A program made the translations under genes and the position numbers. This document shows, in pieces, positions 8,825-18,218 of a stretch of 64,000 nt of DNA. Source of the stretch: an uncultured Porphyromonadaceae bacterium (lineage in GTDB: Bacteria; Bacteroidota; Bacteroidia; Bacteroidales; Muribaculaceae); NCBI GenBank assembly GCA_947176935.1, contig CAMWSP010000001.1:20-64019 (forward strand), given 5' to 3'. How positions within the stretch are numbered: the first letter of the stretch is position 1; every line of letters starts with the position of its first letter. The notes beneath the pieces were generated by a model. It saw only the letters and a program-made list of their open reading frames with translations, was not told the DNA's origin and did no database searches.

Positions 8825-9963
8825 TGTGCGGAAATATTGCTGATTGAGAGTTCGCTGAGAAACGGCTTGTGAGTGCCGACTATTTCGCCGCGCAGGTCGG
8901 GCGAAGCCATCAGTTGCGAAAGCTGCAGGGCATAAGAATGTATGTCGCCCGGCTTAACGGCTATGCCGCGGCCGTCGGCAAGCAGCTCGCGCACTCCGGC
9001 GGTACACCCGAAGGCAATCGGTGCGACGCCATATTGCATGGCCTCGACTATGGCCATGGGCCAGCCCTCGAATTCCGACGTCATGCAGAGAATCGACGCG
9101 CTTTTCAGATATTCGGCCGGATTGGAGGCGAAACCGCAGAATTCAACGCAGTTTTCAAGTCCGAGCTCGACCGCCTGCCGCTCCAGATTGGAGCGCTCCG
9201 GGCCGTCGCCGACTATGCGGAGCTTCCAGGCGGGATGAGAGCCGGCTATCATAGCGAAAATATTCAGCAGCCGGTCAACTCGCTTGTCGGCAAACGAAAG
9301 CCGCCCCAGATAGAGAACCTCGCGGCGCTTATCGGCCGGGTTGACCTCAACGGGCTTGCCTGCGGGGTTGTAGATGGCGCGGAATTTAGCGGCTTGGGTC
9401 GGATAAAGTTCTTCGAGTTGCCGGCGGTAGCCGTTGCAGAGCGTAACGAACGCGTCGGCTTCGGCGGCGGTTATGCCGGTCCGCTTGGCGTAGCGGCGCG
9501 AATAGGTGTGGAGCAGCTTTTCGCGCATGTGCTTCAGCAGGAACCATTTCCCGTAGGCCATGCGGTCAGATTCGTTGCCGTGAAAGCTGTTTTTCAATCC
9601 GACCTGAAAAAAAGGAACGCTATGAAGATGATAAATCACCTTGCCGCCCGGATTCAGAACGGCGCGCAACCGGGAAATATCGGCGAATTCATCGCCGATA
9701 AGCCAGAGAATGTCGCCTTTAAGCGGCTCAATCAGTTCTGCGAGCCGGCTGCTGGTGGTGGAACTATAGCGTGCAAGCGCAAAATCCGCAATCACCACCC
9801 GGCTATAAAGCGAGTCGACCCGCCGGCGGCATTTGTCAACAACCTTTTCGGTTACGAGAATAAACTCGAACCCCTCGGCGCGGAGAGCGCCGGCAATGGT
9901 GTCGGTAACGGTTTCGGCGCCGCCTCCGAGATAGTTGGGAATAACGGTGATTACGCGCTTCAT
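8800..9963 (-). CDS. glycosyltransferase family 4 (GT-B, group 1)
   Basis: 387 aa. C-terminal LCMTSEFEGWPMAIVEAMQYGVAPIAF is the E-x7-E GT-B signature. Confidence 0.85.
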   Translation of the reverse strand: MKRVITVIPNYLGGGAETVTDTIAGALRAEGFEFILVTEKVVDKCRRRVDSLYSRVVIADFALARYSSTTSSRLAELIEPLKGDILWLIGDEFADISRLRAVLNPGGKVIYHLHSVPFFQVGLKNSFHGNESDRMAYGKWFLLKHMREKLLHTYSRRYAKRTGITAAEADAFVTLCNGYRRQLEELYPTQAAKFRAIYNPAGKPVEVNPADKRREVLYLGRLSFADKRVDRLLNIFAMIAGSHPAWKLRIVGDGPERSNLERQAVELGLENCVEFCGFASNPAEYLKSASILCMTSEFEGWPMAIVEAMQYGVAPIAFGCTAGVRELLADGRGIAVKPGDIHSYALQLSQLMASPDLRGEIVGTHKPFLSELSISNISAQWKELFLS

Positions 9964-9967
9964 TCGT

Positions 9968-11047
9968 TTAGAATCCGAGTTTGATTAAGGTCCCAAGGCC
10001 GTAGGCCACCAGCAAGCGGCGCCGCTTCGCCGACCGTGGCAATTCGGCTTTGTCGTAGAACGGAGTGAAGCGCGGACGTCCGGGGTGCACGTCGCCGCCA
10101 TAGCTCCGATAGAGCTTCATGGCCTTGTAAATGGTCAACAGCGGGAAGCCTTTTACTATAAGGTCTATAATTGAATGATAATAGCCGAACATGTAGTTCC
10201 GGCTCGTGTTCTGCCAGGTTTTCGTGTCCATTATGCCGGAGTCTTTCACCCGGCCGAGAATGGAAATCATTTTTCCGCAGAATGCAATGCGGTTGAACTG
10301 ATAGCGCTCCTCGCGCTCGGAGTCGGTTGCGTGCGAAATGCTGCCTGCGCGCTGATGATATAAAAACAGTTCGGTGGGCGTGTAGGCCACCGTGCGCACA
10401 TGAAGCATGGCGTTCCACGTCAGCGCTTCATCCTCGCCAACCGTCAGGGCCGGGTCAAACCCGAGTTTATTGTCGGTGAAGAGTCGGCGCTTATAAACCG
10501 ATTGCCAGGTACTGGTGTGAATCATTGGGCGCGACAGGCCGTGGGTCGCCTCCATAAAATCGTCGATGGTAAAAAATGAAAGAGATTCGGCGCTTAGTTC
10601 GGCCGAAGGCACATCCGAAGCCAGCCGGCCATATTCTTCCGTGGAAATCTGGCGGAAAAGGAATTTTATAACGTCGGGGTCCGACTCCTCGGTGAGCTGC
10701 AGGAGTTTTGCCAGCGTTCCGCGCAGAATCAGGTCATCGCTGTCGGCAAAATATATATAGCGTCCGCGCGCGGCGGCCAGGCCGGTGTTGCGTGCGGTCG
10801 AAACTCCCTGATTGGGCGTGCGGATAAGCTTCACCGATTCCGGGAAACGGGCAATCCAGGGCTCAACCTCAAGGTGCGAGCCGTCGGTCGAACCGTCGTC
10901 AACAACAATCAGCTCCCATTGCAGCGGTTGCATGGTGGAAAACTGGTCTTCCACAATGTTTTTCAGAGTGGTGGGAAGATAAGCCCGGGTGTTATAAACC
11001 GGCATTATCACGCTGATAACCGGAGCTGCGTCGTTGTTGCGGTTCAT
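9968..11047 (-). CDS. glycosyltransferase family 2 (paralogue of 7769-8824)
   Basis: ISVIMPVYNTRAYL...WELIVVDDGSTDG...GVSTARNTGLAAARGRYIYFADSDD. Start set at ATG 11047 (MNRNN), which forms an ATGA overlap with the queE stop. The longer track ORF would run through queE. Confidence 0.85.
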   Translation of the reverse strand: MNRNNDAAPVISVIMPVYNTRAYLPTTLKNIVEDQFSTMQPLQWELIVVDDGSTDGSHLEVEPWIARFPESVKLIRTPNQGVSTARNTGLAAARGRYIYFADSDDLILRGTLAKLLQLTEESDPDVIKFLFRQISTEEYGRLASDVPSAELSAESLSFFTIDDFMEATHGLSRPMIHTSTWQSVYKRRLFTDNKLGFDPALTVGEDEALTWNAMLHVRTVAYTPTELFLYHQRAGSISHATDSEREERYQFNRIAFCGKMISILGRVKDSGIMDTKTWQNTSRNYMFGYYHSIIDLIVKGFPLLTIYKAMKLYRSYGGDVHPGRPRFTPFYDKAELPRSAKRRRLLVAYGLGTLIKLGF

Positions 11048-11592
11048 GGAATATTGATGAGTTTGTGGGTCTGGAGGGAGAGGCGCCAGCGCGGGTGGGT
11101 CTTCAGCCAGGCAACGCATTGCTCGGTGTTGGAGCAGCTCAGCGGCTGCAGGCAGTAGGCCGTGGCCGCGGGCAGCTGTGCGGCTATGGCTTCCGGGTCG
11201 GCGTCGGGTGTCATCACCACCTTCAGCTCGTCTATATGGCGGATTCCGTAGGGTGGCGTTTTGGGTGAGCATGTAACCCAATCAATGCCTTCGGGCAGCG
11301 GCAGCGAGCCGTTGGTTTCAACGTGAACCCTCCGGCCGGTGGCCTTCACTGCGGCCACCAGCGAGCCGGTTAGCTGCAGGGCCGGTTCTCCGCCGGTGAA
11401 TATAACCGTTTCAGCCGGATATTCGCTTATGGCGTCGACTATTTCGCCCTCGGTCATTTCCGTGAAGTCCGAGAAGTCGGTGTCGCAAAACGGGCAGGCG
11501 CGGTTGCAGCCGCTCAGCCGTACGAAAACCGCCGGCACTCCGGTGTGCACGCCCTCGCCCTGAAGCGAATAGAAGATTTCGTTGACGCGCAT
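11044..11592 (-). CDS. queE: 7-carboxy-7-deazaguanine synthase (radical SAM)
   Basis: N-terminus MRVNEIFYSLQGEGVHTGVPAVFVRLSGCNRACPFCDTDF is the typical QueE CxxxCxxC-variant cluster region. Confidence 0.9.
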   Translation of the reverse strand: MRVNEIFYSLQGEGVHTGVPAVFVRLSGCNRACPFCDTDFSDFTEMTEGEIVDAISEYPAETVIFTGGEPALQLTGSLVAAVKATGRRVHVETNGSLPLPEGIDWVTCSPKTPPYGIRHIDELKVVMTPDADPEAIAAQLPAATAYCLQPLSCSNTEQCVAWLKTHPRWRLSLQTHKLINIP

Positions 11593-11924
11593 CAGTCCTT
11601 GAAATAGCTGGCGGTGTTGCCTTCGCTTTCCTGCACGTCAACGCGCACCGCCGTTGGAATCTGTTCGCAAATCCAGCGGGCAATGTTTTCGGCCGTGGGG
11701 TTGAAGGGGAGAATTTCGTTGAGATTGGCGTGGTCGAGGCGCGAAAGAATCTTTTCTTTGATGTGGGTGAAATCCTCAACCATTCCGTTGGCGTTGAGCG
11801 TGGAGCTCTCGCAGGTAACGGTCACTATCCAGTTGTGGCCGTGCAGGTTGGCGCATTTGCTGGGATAGTCGAGCTGCAGGCAGTGGGAGGCGGAAATTTC
11901 TAATCGTTTGGTGACTCTATACAT
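11592..11924 (-). CDS. queD: 6-carboxytetrahydropterin synthase
   Basis: 110 aa. MYRVTKRLEISASHCL...CANLHGHNW (QueD/PTPS His motif). 1-nt stop/start overlap with queE. Confidence 0.9.
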   Translation of the reverse strand: MYRVTKRLEISASHCLQLDYPSKCANLHGHNWIVTVTCESSTLNANGMVEDFTHIKEKILSRLDHANLNEILPFNPTAENIARWICEQIPTAVRVDVQESEGNTASYFKD

Positions 11925-13357
11925 ATTTCGGGGAGTTCGGGGAGTTCGTTGACTTTTTTAAGGCCGATCGACTCGGCTATGGGAAGCATGAATTCATAGG
12001 CCGCCCGGCGGTCGTTTGGAATCTGGCCGTCGAGAATGGCGTCCTTGATGGCTTCCTTCAGTTCCTTGATGGGCTTCGACGGCGGAATGTTGAAAATCTC
12101 CATAATGTCGTTGCCCGATATCGGCGGCTGGAAGTTGCGGATGCGGTCGCGCTCTTCGAGCTCAATGAGCTTGCGGCGCACCAGCGCGAAGTTGTCGAGG
12201 CATTTTTTTAGCTTTTCTGGCCGGCCGGTGGTTATGTCGGCTTCGCAGAGGGTCATCAGCGAGTCTATGTCGTCGCCGGCGTCAAACAGCAGGCGGCGCA
12301 CCGCGCTGTCGGTGACTATCTCCTCGCTCAACACTATGGGGCGCATGTGGAGCTCCACCATCAGCTGCACGAACTTCATCGGCTCGCCCAGCGGCAGGCG
12401 CAGGTCGCGGAAAATGCCGGGCACCATTTTCGCCCCCACGAAGTTATGGTTATGGAACGTCCAGCCGATTTTGGGGTCCCAGCGTTTGGTGCGCGGTTTG
12501 GCTATGTCGTGGAGCAGAGCGGCCCAGCGCAGCCACAGGTCGCCGGATTTTTCGGCCACTTTGTCAAGAACCTTCATCGTGTGGTCGAAATTATCCTTGT
12601 GGGCGCGGCCGTTCACAACGTCAACCTTCTGCATCTCCTCCAGTTCCGGCAAAATATAGTGCAACAGGCCGGTTTCAAGCAGCAGGCGCCACCCTATGGA
12701 GGGCTTGGGCGATTTCATGATTTTGTTGAGCTCGTCGGCTATGCGTTCGCGCGAAATGATTTCCAGGCGCGACGCGTTGCGGCAAATGCCCTCGTAGGTG
12801 GCCGAATTTATGGCAAAGCGCAGCTGCGTTGCGAAGCGCACCGCGCGCATCATTCGCAGCGGGTCGTCGGAAAAGGTTATGTCCGGGTCCAGCGGCGTGC
12901 GCAGAACGCGGCGCTCCATGTCGGCCAGGCCGTTGTAGAGGTCAACCACCTCGCCGAATCCTTCGGAGTTGACCCGCAGGGCCAGGGCGTTGACCGTGAA
13001 GTCGCGGCGCGAAATGTCGTCCTCCAAAGTGCCGTCTTCCACCACCGGCTTGCGCGAGTCGTGGCTATAGCTTTCGCGCCGGGCGCCTACGAACTCCAGC
13101 TCCAGGTCGCCCATGGCAACCCGCGCCGTACCGAAATTCTTGAACACGCTCAGATGTGCACCGCGCCCCAGCAGCTTGGCAACCTTGCGCGCCAGCTCGA
13201 TGCCGGAACCCACCGTAACGAAGTCAATATCCTTGCTTTCGCGCCCGAGCAGGCAGTCGCGAACGTAGCCTCCCACGGCAAATGCTTCCAGGCCCAGGCT
13301 GTCGGCCGCGTTGCCGACCAGGCGGAGCGTTGCAATGTCTTTTTCAGGAACTTTCAT
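11900..13357 (-). CDS. CCA-adding tRNA nucleotidyltransferase / poly(A) polymerase family protein with HD domain
   Basis: GGYVRDCLLGRESKDIDFV nucleotidyltransferase head; RAVRFATQL; HD region LLHDIAKP. Confidence 0.8.
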   Translation of the reverse strand: MKVPEKDIATLRLVGNAADSLGLEAFAVGGYVRDCLLGRESKDIDFVTVGSGIELARKVAKLLGRGAHLSVFKNFGTARVAMGDLELEFVGARRESYSHDSRKPVVEDGTLEDDISRRDFTVNALALRVNSEGFGEVVDLYNGLADMERRVLRTPLDPDITFSDDPLRMMRAVRFATQLRFAINSATYEGICRNASRLEIISRERIADELNKIMKSPKPSIGWRLLLETGLLHYILPELEEMQKVDVVNGRAHKDNFDHTMKVLDKVAEKSGDLWLRWAALLHDIAKPRTKRWDPKIGWTFHNHNFVGAKMVPGIFRDLRLPLGEPMKFVQLMVELHMRPIVLSEEIVTDSAVRRLLFDAGDDIDSLMTLCEADITTGRPEKLKKCLDNFALVRRKLIELEERDRIRNFQPPISGNDIMEIFNIPPSKPIKELKEAIKDAILDGQIPNDRRAAYEFMLPIAESIGLKKVNELPELPEICIESPND

Positions 13358-14517
13358 ATCAGCGGAATGATTTCTTCGGGTGCGGGGGTTATGCGGCGCA
13401 TGCCGTCGGGAGTGACCACATAGGTATTTTCAATGCCTATGGCTCCGAAGCCGGGAATAACGAATTTCGGTTCTATGGCAATAACGTTGCCTTCGGCGAG
13501 AACCGACTTGGAGCGCGGGGCCAACACGGGCTGCTCGTTTACGGCAATACCGATGCCATGGCCAACGAACCCGGCGTGCTGGCGGTGGCCCATGAAATAG
13601 GCCCCTAATTTGAATTCCTCAACTATTTCAACCGCCAGCTCGTAGAGCGCCTTGGCTTCTACTCCAGGCCGGCCCGCCTCGGCCAGACGGCGGCAAATGG
13701 TTTGCGAACATTTCCACGCGTTGAGCACCTTCGGATTCAGGTCGGCAACTGCCGGTGCGTTAACAAACATGCGGGTCATGTCGGTCAGATAGCCGTTGAA
13801 GCAGCCGTTCATATCTATCATAACAACGGCTCCCGGCTTGATTTCCTCGCCGCTGGCGCCGACCGGAAGCGCCGGACTGATGCCGCTGCCGCCCATGGCG
13901 AAATCGTAGGGCGACGGCGCGTCGGCATTCTCGCCGGTCAGCACCGAACCCATGTGGAGCTCCATCGGGCCGTTAACGCGGAAAATGCCCAGGCAGCCCT
14001 GCAGGCGCAGCTCATATTCGATTGCAGCCTGCAGCTCTATGTCGGTCATTCCGGGGCGAAACAGCCGGGGAATGCGCTCATAAACTGCCGCCTGCCTTAT
14101 CCCGTCTTCCTCCAGCAGGGATATTTCCAGCGGGGTCTTTACGGCGCGGGCGTTCATAATGGCGGGAGTTACGTTAACCGGCTCCTTCGCACCCAGCGCT
14201 TTCATCAGGCGCTCGGCGTCAGCCCAGGCTATCTGGCCCAGCTCAAGGCCCAGGCGTTCGAGTCCGCCGGGAAAGCGTTGGCCAATATCTTCCGGTTTGC
14301 GGATATATTCCACTCCGGGGCCGGTCAGCTCCAGCGGGCGCTTGATGTAGTATGTCGGTTCCACTCCGGGCGTAATCATCAGGTAACCGGCAAAAACGCG
14401 GCCGGTCAGATAAAACAGATTGGCGGCATCGGTTATGAGCGTCGGAACTTCCAGCCCGAGCTTTTCGATTCTGAGCGCCTGCTCCTGAGCGGGAATTAAA
14501 CAGATTGCAGAGTTCAT
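13354..14517 (-). CDS. M24 family metallopeptidase (Xaa-Pro aminopeptidase-like)
   Basis: Pita-bread fold motifs VMIDMNGCFNGYLTDMTR, GHGIGIAVNEQP, GNVIAIEPKF. Confidence 0.8.
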   Translation of the reverse strand: MNSAICLIPAQEQALRIEKLGLEVPTLITDAANLFYLTGRVFAGYLMITPGVEPTYYIKRPLELTGPGVEYIRKPEDIGQRFPGGLERLGLELGQIAWADAERLMKALGAKEPVNVTPAIMNARAVKTPLEISLLEEDGIRQAAVYERIPRLFRPGMTDIELQAAIEYELRLQGCLGIFRVNGPMELHMGSVLTGENADAPSPYDFAMGGSGISPALPVGASGEEIKPGAVVMIDMNGCFNGYLTDMTRMFVNAPAVADLNPKVLNAWKCSQTICRRLAEAGRPGVEAKALYELAVEIVEEFKLGAYFMGHRQHAGFVGHGIGIAVNEQPVLAPRSKSVLAEGNVIAIEPKFVIPGFGAIGIENTYVVTPDGMRRITPAPEEIIPLI

Positions 14518-15002
14518 TCGGTTGAATACGGTTCAAAGATAAAGCCGATTTTCTCCAGGCCTTCAACGCGCTCGGGGCGCATTATGTGGCGCAGGCGCAG
14601 GGGCGCGCCGTTAATCAGGGTAAAATCGGAATATAGAGTGTCCAGGCTTTCAAATGTTGCGCCCGAGCCGCTTCCGCGCCAGTTGCCGTAAACGTCGGCA
14701 AGGCTTATGCAGAAAGTGTCGGTCAGCAGTTCCACGTGGCCCGAATCCGCCGGCTGCTGGCTCTGCACTTCGAGCCAGAGGTTGGAAAACTCATAGTCAT
14801 TGGTGTGGCGCACCATCAGTTTGAGCCTTCCCTGAGCCATCGAGTCCGTGATTTCGGGCATGTAAACAAAAGTATTGCCATAGGCCCAACCTTCGGTCGG
14901 GTCTATGGTCGAAAAGCAGCTATAGCTGTTCGGATTGTAGGAACACGATGCCATGGCGGCCGCCGCAACAAGCAGGCCCATGGCTCTACTCTTTCGGGTC
15001 AT
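14514..15002 (-). CDS. gldH: gliding-motility/T9SS-associated lipoprotein GldH
   Basis: Lipoprotein signal (GLLVAAAAMASCS). Body shows W..G..F......L.VRHTNDYEFSNLWLEV ... MRPERVEGLEKIGFIFE, collinear with Flavobacterium GldH as I recall it. Start is uncertain (ATG 15002 or 14981); the track ORF start at 15092 overlaps the PSP1 gene. Confidence 0.7.
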   Translation of the reverse strand: MTRKSRAMGLLVAAAAMASCSYNPNSYSCFSTIDPTEGWAYGNTFVYMPEITDSMAQGRLKLMVRHTNDYEFSNLWLEVQSQQPADSGHVELLTDTFCISLADVYGNWRGSGSGATFESLDTLYSDFTLINGAPLRLRHIMRPERVEGLEKIGFIFEPYSTE

Positions 15003-16128
15003 TGCTTTTTTGCTGCGCGGGCTTTTTGCGTTTTTTCTTTTTCTTCTTTTTGTTGTCGAAGCGGTTAATGTTGTCTTGGTCGAGCAGGTCAACCTTGCGG
15101 TTGGCGCGGGCTTCGGCCTCGACTTCTTCGTCGCGGCGCAGGTTCAGCGGCTTCTCGCCGGCCTTGTTGAGCTGAATGATTTCCCAGGCGCGGTCGCGGT
15201 CAATCACCGTAAGGTTCGCCGGAATCTTGCGGTCGGTGGAGTAGGTGATTTCGCCCTTGAAAATGTCAGCCTTGAAAAAGTACCAGGTCGTGTCGGCCGT
15301 TTCGAGGTGTATATCCTTGGGCGGAAGCTTGCGCCCGGCCTCGATATAGGCGTCAACCTCGAAATTCAGGCAGCATTTCAGCTTGGCGCACTGCCCGGCA
15401 AGCTTCTGCGGGTTGAGCGATAGGTCCTGAAAACGGGCGGCGCCGGTCGAAACGCTCACGAAATTGCTTATCCACGTCGAGCAGCAGAGCGGACGGCCGC
15501 AAGGCCCTATGCCGCCAATGCGGCCTGCCTCCTGGCGCGCGCCTATCTGACGCATCTCAATACGGACCTTAAACGTCTCCGCAAGCACCTTGATGAGCTG
15601 GCGGAAGTCAACTCGCTCGTCGGCTATGTAGTAGAAAATCGCCTTCTGGCCGTCGCCTTGAAACTCAACGTCGCCGATTTTCATGTTCAGCCCCAGTTCG
15701 TCGGCTATCTTGCGGGCGCGGATCATGGTTTCCTCCTCGCGGTCGCGGCTCTCCTCATATTTTTCAATATCGGCCGGCTTGGCCAGGCGGAACAGGCGCT
15801 TCAGCTCCGAGTCGCGGCGAACTCCGGCGCGCTTCATCTGAATCAACACCAGCGGTCCGGTCAGAGTAACCCGCCCTATGTCGTGGCCCGGATTCGACTC
15901 AACGGCCACCATGTCGCCTTTGCTCACGTCAAGCCCCAGCGAGTTAACATAGTAGCCTTTGCGGGTGTTCTTGAACTGCACCTCAACGATGTTACACTGC
16001 TGCATGGCGCCGGGCACGTCTTCGAGCCAGTTATGGCACTGCAGCTTGCCGCGCGGACTCGAGGTGAGTTCGCTGTGGTGGCGGGTTTCGCTGTCGGGTA
16101 TGAGTGTGAGGTCGTTGTCGTCCATCAT
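14986..16128 (-). CDS. PSP1 domain protein (stage 0 sporulation/RicT-like)
   Basis: 380 aa with the Cys-rich PSP1 core ([15 protein letters not shown]...[13 protein letters not shown]). C-terminal poly-Lys tail [10 protein letters not shown]. Confidence 0.8.
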   Translation of the reverse strand: MMDDNDLTLIPDSETRHHSELTSSPRGKLQCHNWLEDVPGAMQQCNIVEVQFKNTRKGYYVNSLGLDVSKGDMVAVESNPGHDIGRVTLTGPLVLIQMKRAGVRRDSELKRLFRLAKPADIEKYEESRDREEETMIRARKIADELGLNMKIGDVEFQGDGQKAIFYYIADERVDFRQLIKVLAETFKVRIEMRQIGARQEAGRIGGIGPCGRPLCCSTWISNFVSVSTGAARFQDLSLNPQKLAGQCAKLKCCLNFEVDAYIEAGRKLPPKDIHLETADTTWYFFKADIFKGEITYSTDRKIPANLTVIDRDRAWEIIQLNKAGEKPLNLRRDEEVEAEARANRKVDLLDQDNINRFDNKKKKKKKRKKPAQQKSNDPKE

Positions 16129-17660
16129 TTGGCGAAGGCTACGGAGCGGGTTTCGCGGATAACCGTTATTTTCACCTGACCCGGATAGGTCATTTCATCT
16201 TGAATCTTCTGGGCGATTTCGGCCGAGAGCTTTTCGGTTTCGGCATCGTCGATTTTATCGGCGCCTACAATCACGCGCAGTTCGCGGCCGGCCTGAATCG
16301 CATAGGTCTTGATAACCCCCGGATAGCTCAGGGCCAGCTGCTCGAGGTCGTTGAGGCGCTTGAGGTAGGCCTCGACTATTTCGCGGCGCGCGCCGGGACG
16401 TGCTCCCGAAATGGCGTCGCAAATCTGAACTATCGGAGCCAGCAGGGTGGTGGGCTCAACTTCGTCGTGGTGAGCGCCTATGGCGTTGCAAATATCGGGT
16501 TTTTCCTTATATTTCTCGGCCAGCTTCATGCCCAGCAGTGCGTGGGGCAGTTCGGGCTCTTCGTCGGGCACTTTGCCTATGTCGTGGAGCAGGCCGGCGC
16601 GACGCGCCTTTTTCGGATTCAGGCCGAGTTCGGCTGCCATAACGGCGCATAGATTGGCCGTTTCGCGGGCATGCTGCAGCAGGTTCTGGCCGTAGCTCGA
16701 ACGATATTTCATTTTGCCTACCAGGCGGATGAGCTCGGGGTTCAGGCCGTGAATGCCCAGGTCGATTGCGGTGCGCTTGCCCGTTTCAATGATTTCTTCC
16801 TCAACCTGTTTGCGCACTTTGGCAACCACTTCCTCAATGCGGGCCGGGTGGATGCGGCCGTCGGCCACGAGCTGGTGCAGGGCCAGGCGCGCAATTTCGC
16901 GGCGAACCGGGTCGAAGCCGCTCAGAACTATCGCTTCGGGGGTGTCGTCAACTATGATTTCAATGCCCGTGTGGGCTTCCAGGGCGCGGATGTTGCGGCC
17001 TTCGCGACCGATGATGCGGCCCTTGATTTCGTCGCTGTCAATGTGGAAAACCGTAACGCTGTTTTCAACGGCCGTTTCCGTAGCAACGCGCTGAATGGTT
17101 TGGATAACAATGCGTTTTGCTTCCTTGTTTGCCGTCAGCTTGGCCTCGTCCATGATTTCGCTGATGTAGCTCTGGGCGGCGGTTTTGGCTTCGTCCTTGA
17201 GGCTTTCAACGAGCTTTTCCTTTGCTTCCTCCGAGCTCAGGCCCGAAAGGTGCTCGAGAGTGTCTATGGCCGAGCGGTGCATCTTGTCGAGCTCCTGCTT
17301 CTTTTCCTCACACATTGCCAGCTGGGCGTCAAGGTGATTGCGGGTCGCTTCGTTCTCATTCTTGGCACGCTGGTTCTCACTCTGTTGCTGATTCAGCTGA
17401 AGCTCGCGCTGCTTTGCGCGCGATTCAGCCTGCTGAACCTTCTGCATGCGCTGGTTGGCGGTTTTCTCGGCGTCGGCTGTTATGCGCGATGCTTCCTTCT
17501 CGCCTTCGCGGATTTTATCTTTTTTCAGGCCCTCGGCCTTGATTTTGGCCTCGGCAACAATCGCCTTGGCCGATGTGTTGGCCATGGAGCGCTCTGCTAT
17601 TACTGCGGCTACGGCGCCGAGCGCCAGGGCAATCACCGCTATTATAATGGTTGTTATCAT
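16125..17660 (-). CDS. rny: ribonuclease Y
   Basis: N-terminal TM helix, long coiled coil, KH domain ([15 protein letters not shown]), HD domain (LLHDIGK...GAHH). Confidence 0.95.
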   Translation of the reverse strand: MITTIIIAVIALALGAVAAVIAERSMANTSAKAIVAEAKIKAEGLKKDKIREGEKEASRITADAEKTANQRMQKVQQAESRAKQRELQLNQQQSENQRAKNENEATRNHLDAQLAMCEEKKQELDKMHRSAIDTLEHLSGLSSEEAKEKLVESLKDEAKTAAQSYISEIMDEAKLTANKEAKRIVIQTIQRVATETAVENSVTVFHIDSDEIKGRIIGREGRNIRALEAHTGIEIIVDDTPEAIVLSGFDPVRREIARLALHQLVADGRIHPARIEEVVAKVRKQVEEEIIETGKRTAIDLGIHGLNPELIRLVGKMKYRSSYGQNLLQHARETANLCAVMAAELGLNPKKARRAGLLHDIGKVPDEEPELPHALLGMKLAEKYKEKPDICNAIGAHHDEVEPTTLLAPIVQICDAISGARPGARREIVEAYLKRLNDLEQLALSYPGVIKTYAIQAGRELRVIVGADKIDDAETEKLSAEIAQKIQDEMTYPGQVKITVIRETRSVAFAK

Positions 17661-17876
17661 TGAGTTGGATGTTGGGTTATTGGGTTTGTTGGTTTACTTG
17701 GTGATGACTTGATTTATTTCTGATAACTAATGAGTTGGTTTAAGGTCTGCGAATGCCCGGTAATAAAAACGAAAGCAACCCTTCCGAGGTCCGGTGGGCG
17801 TTGCAGGTTGCGGGCCGGGCTCGGTGGGTTGGCGCGTGGGCGGCTCTGCTCTCAGAGCCCCGTATGTTGGTTATGA

Positions 17877-18218
17877 TCAATGCTGCTCGAGTCCCGGCAG
17901 GTTCTTGATGAGTTCGTCAAGGCCGGCGTTCAAATCCTTCAGCTCCTCGAAACTGCGCTGGTCGCGCAGGTAGAGCAACGCGAACTGAAACGCCACTCGG
18001 GCCATTACTTTCAGCTGCGACTCCGCCGCAAACGTTTGCGTTGCCCAGCGGTGCCAGAGGTCATTGACCATCTTTTCCGCCTTGCGGGCGAGTTCTTCGT
18101 CAGCGCGGTCTATTGCCAGAGGAATCTTTGGCTGCCCGGCGAGCTGAATTGTTATGTTTTGTTTATCTGCCAAGACTTTAGCAAGCTTTAAGTTCAGCAA
18201 TACATCGATCAATTTCAC
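17877..18218 (-). CDS. zapA: cell division protein ZapA
   Basis: Small protein just upstream of rny with ITIQLAGQPKIPLAIDRADEELARKAEKMVND (ZapA-like). The 5' end is uncertain because the ATG at 18218 overlaps the upstream ORF by 41 nt. Confidence 0.6.
   Translation of the reverse strand: MKLIDVLLNLKLAKVLADKQNITIQLAGQPKIPLAIDRADEELARKAEKMVNDLWHRWATQTFAAESQLKVMARVAFQFALLYLRDQRSFEELKDLNAGLDELIKNLPGLEQH

Noticed and set aside
8869-9984. Long antisense ORFs opposite confidently assigned genes. This one lies opposite the GT4 gene. Others are 12347-13423, 22760-23716, 37585-38646, 42650-43738, 47921-49111, 52261-53373, 57328-58395 and 61698-62774.
   Set aside because: Each lies entirely within, and antisense to, a gene with clear family motifs. 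Their products are Gly/Ala/Val/Arg-rich with no motifs. They are shadow ORFs expected in GC-rich DNA.
11048-11281. N-terminal extension of the second GT2 gene. The track ORF starts at 11281 (437 aa).
   Set aside because: The extension runs through the 3' end of queE in another frame and is Arg/Pro-rich with no similarity to its paralogue. The internal ATG at 11047 aligns with the paralogue N-terminus and forms an ATGA junction with queE.
17661-17876. Possibility that the zapA-rny spacer encodes a 6S RNA, since ssrS follows zapA in E. coli.
   Set aside because: The minus-strand transcript is C/A-rich and G-poor along its length. It therefore cannot form the long, imperfect, closed hairpin that defines 6S RNA. 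The plus strand has no promoter box.
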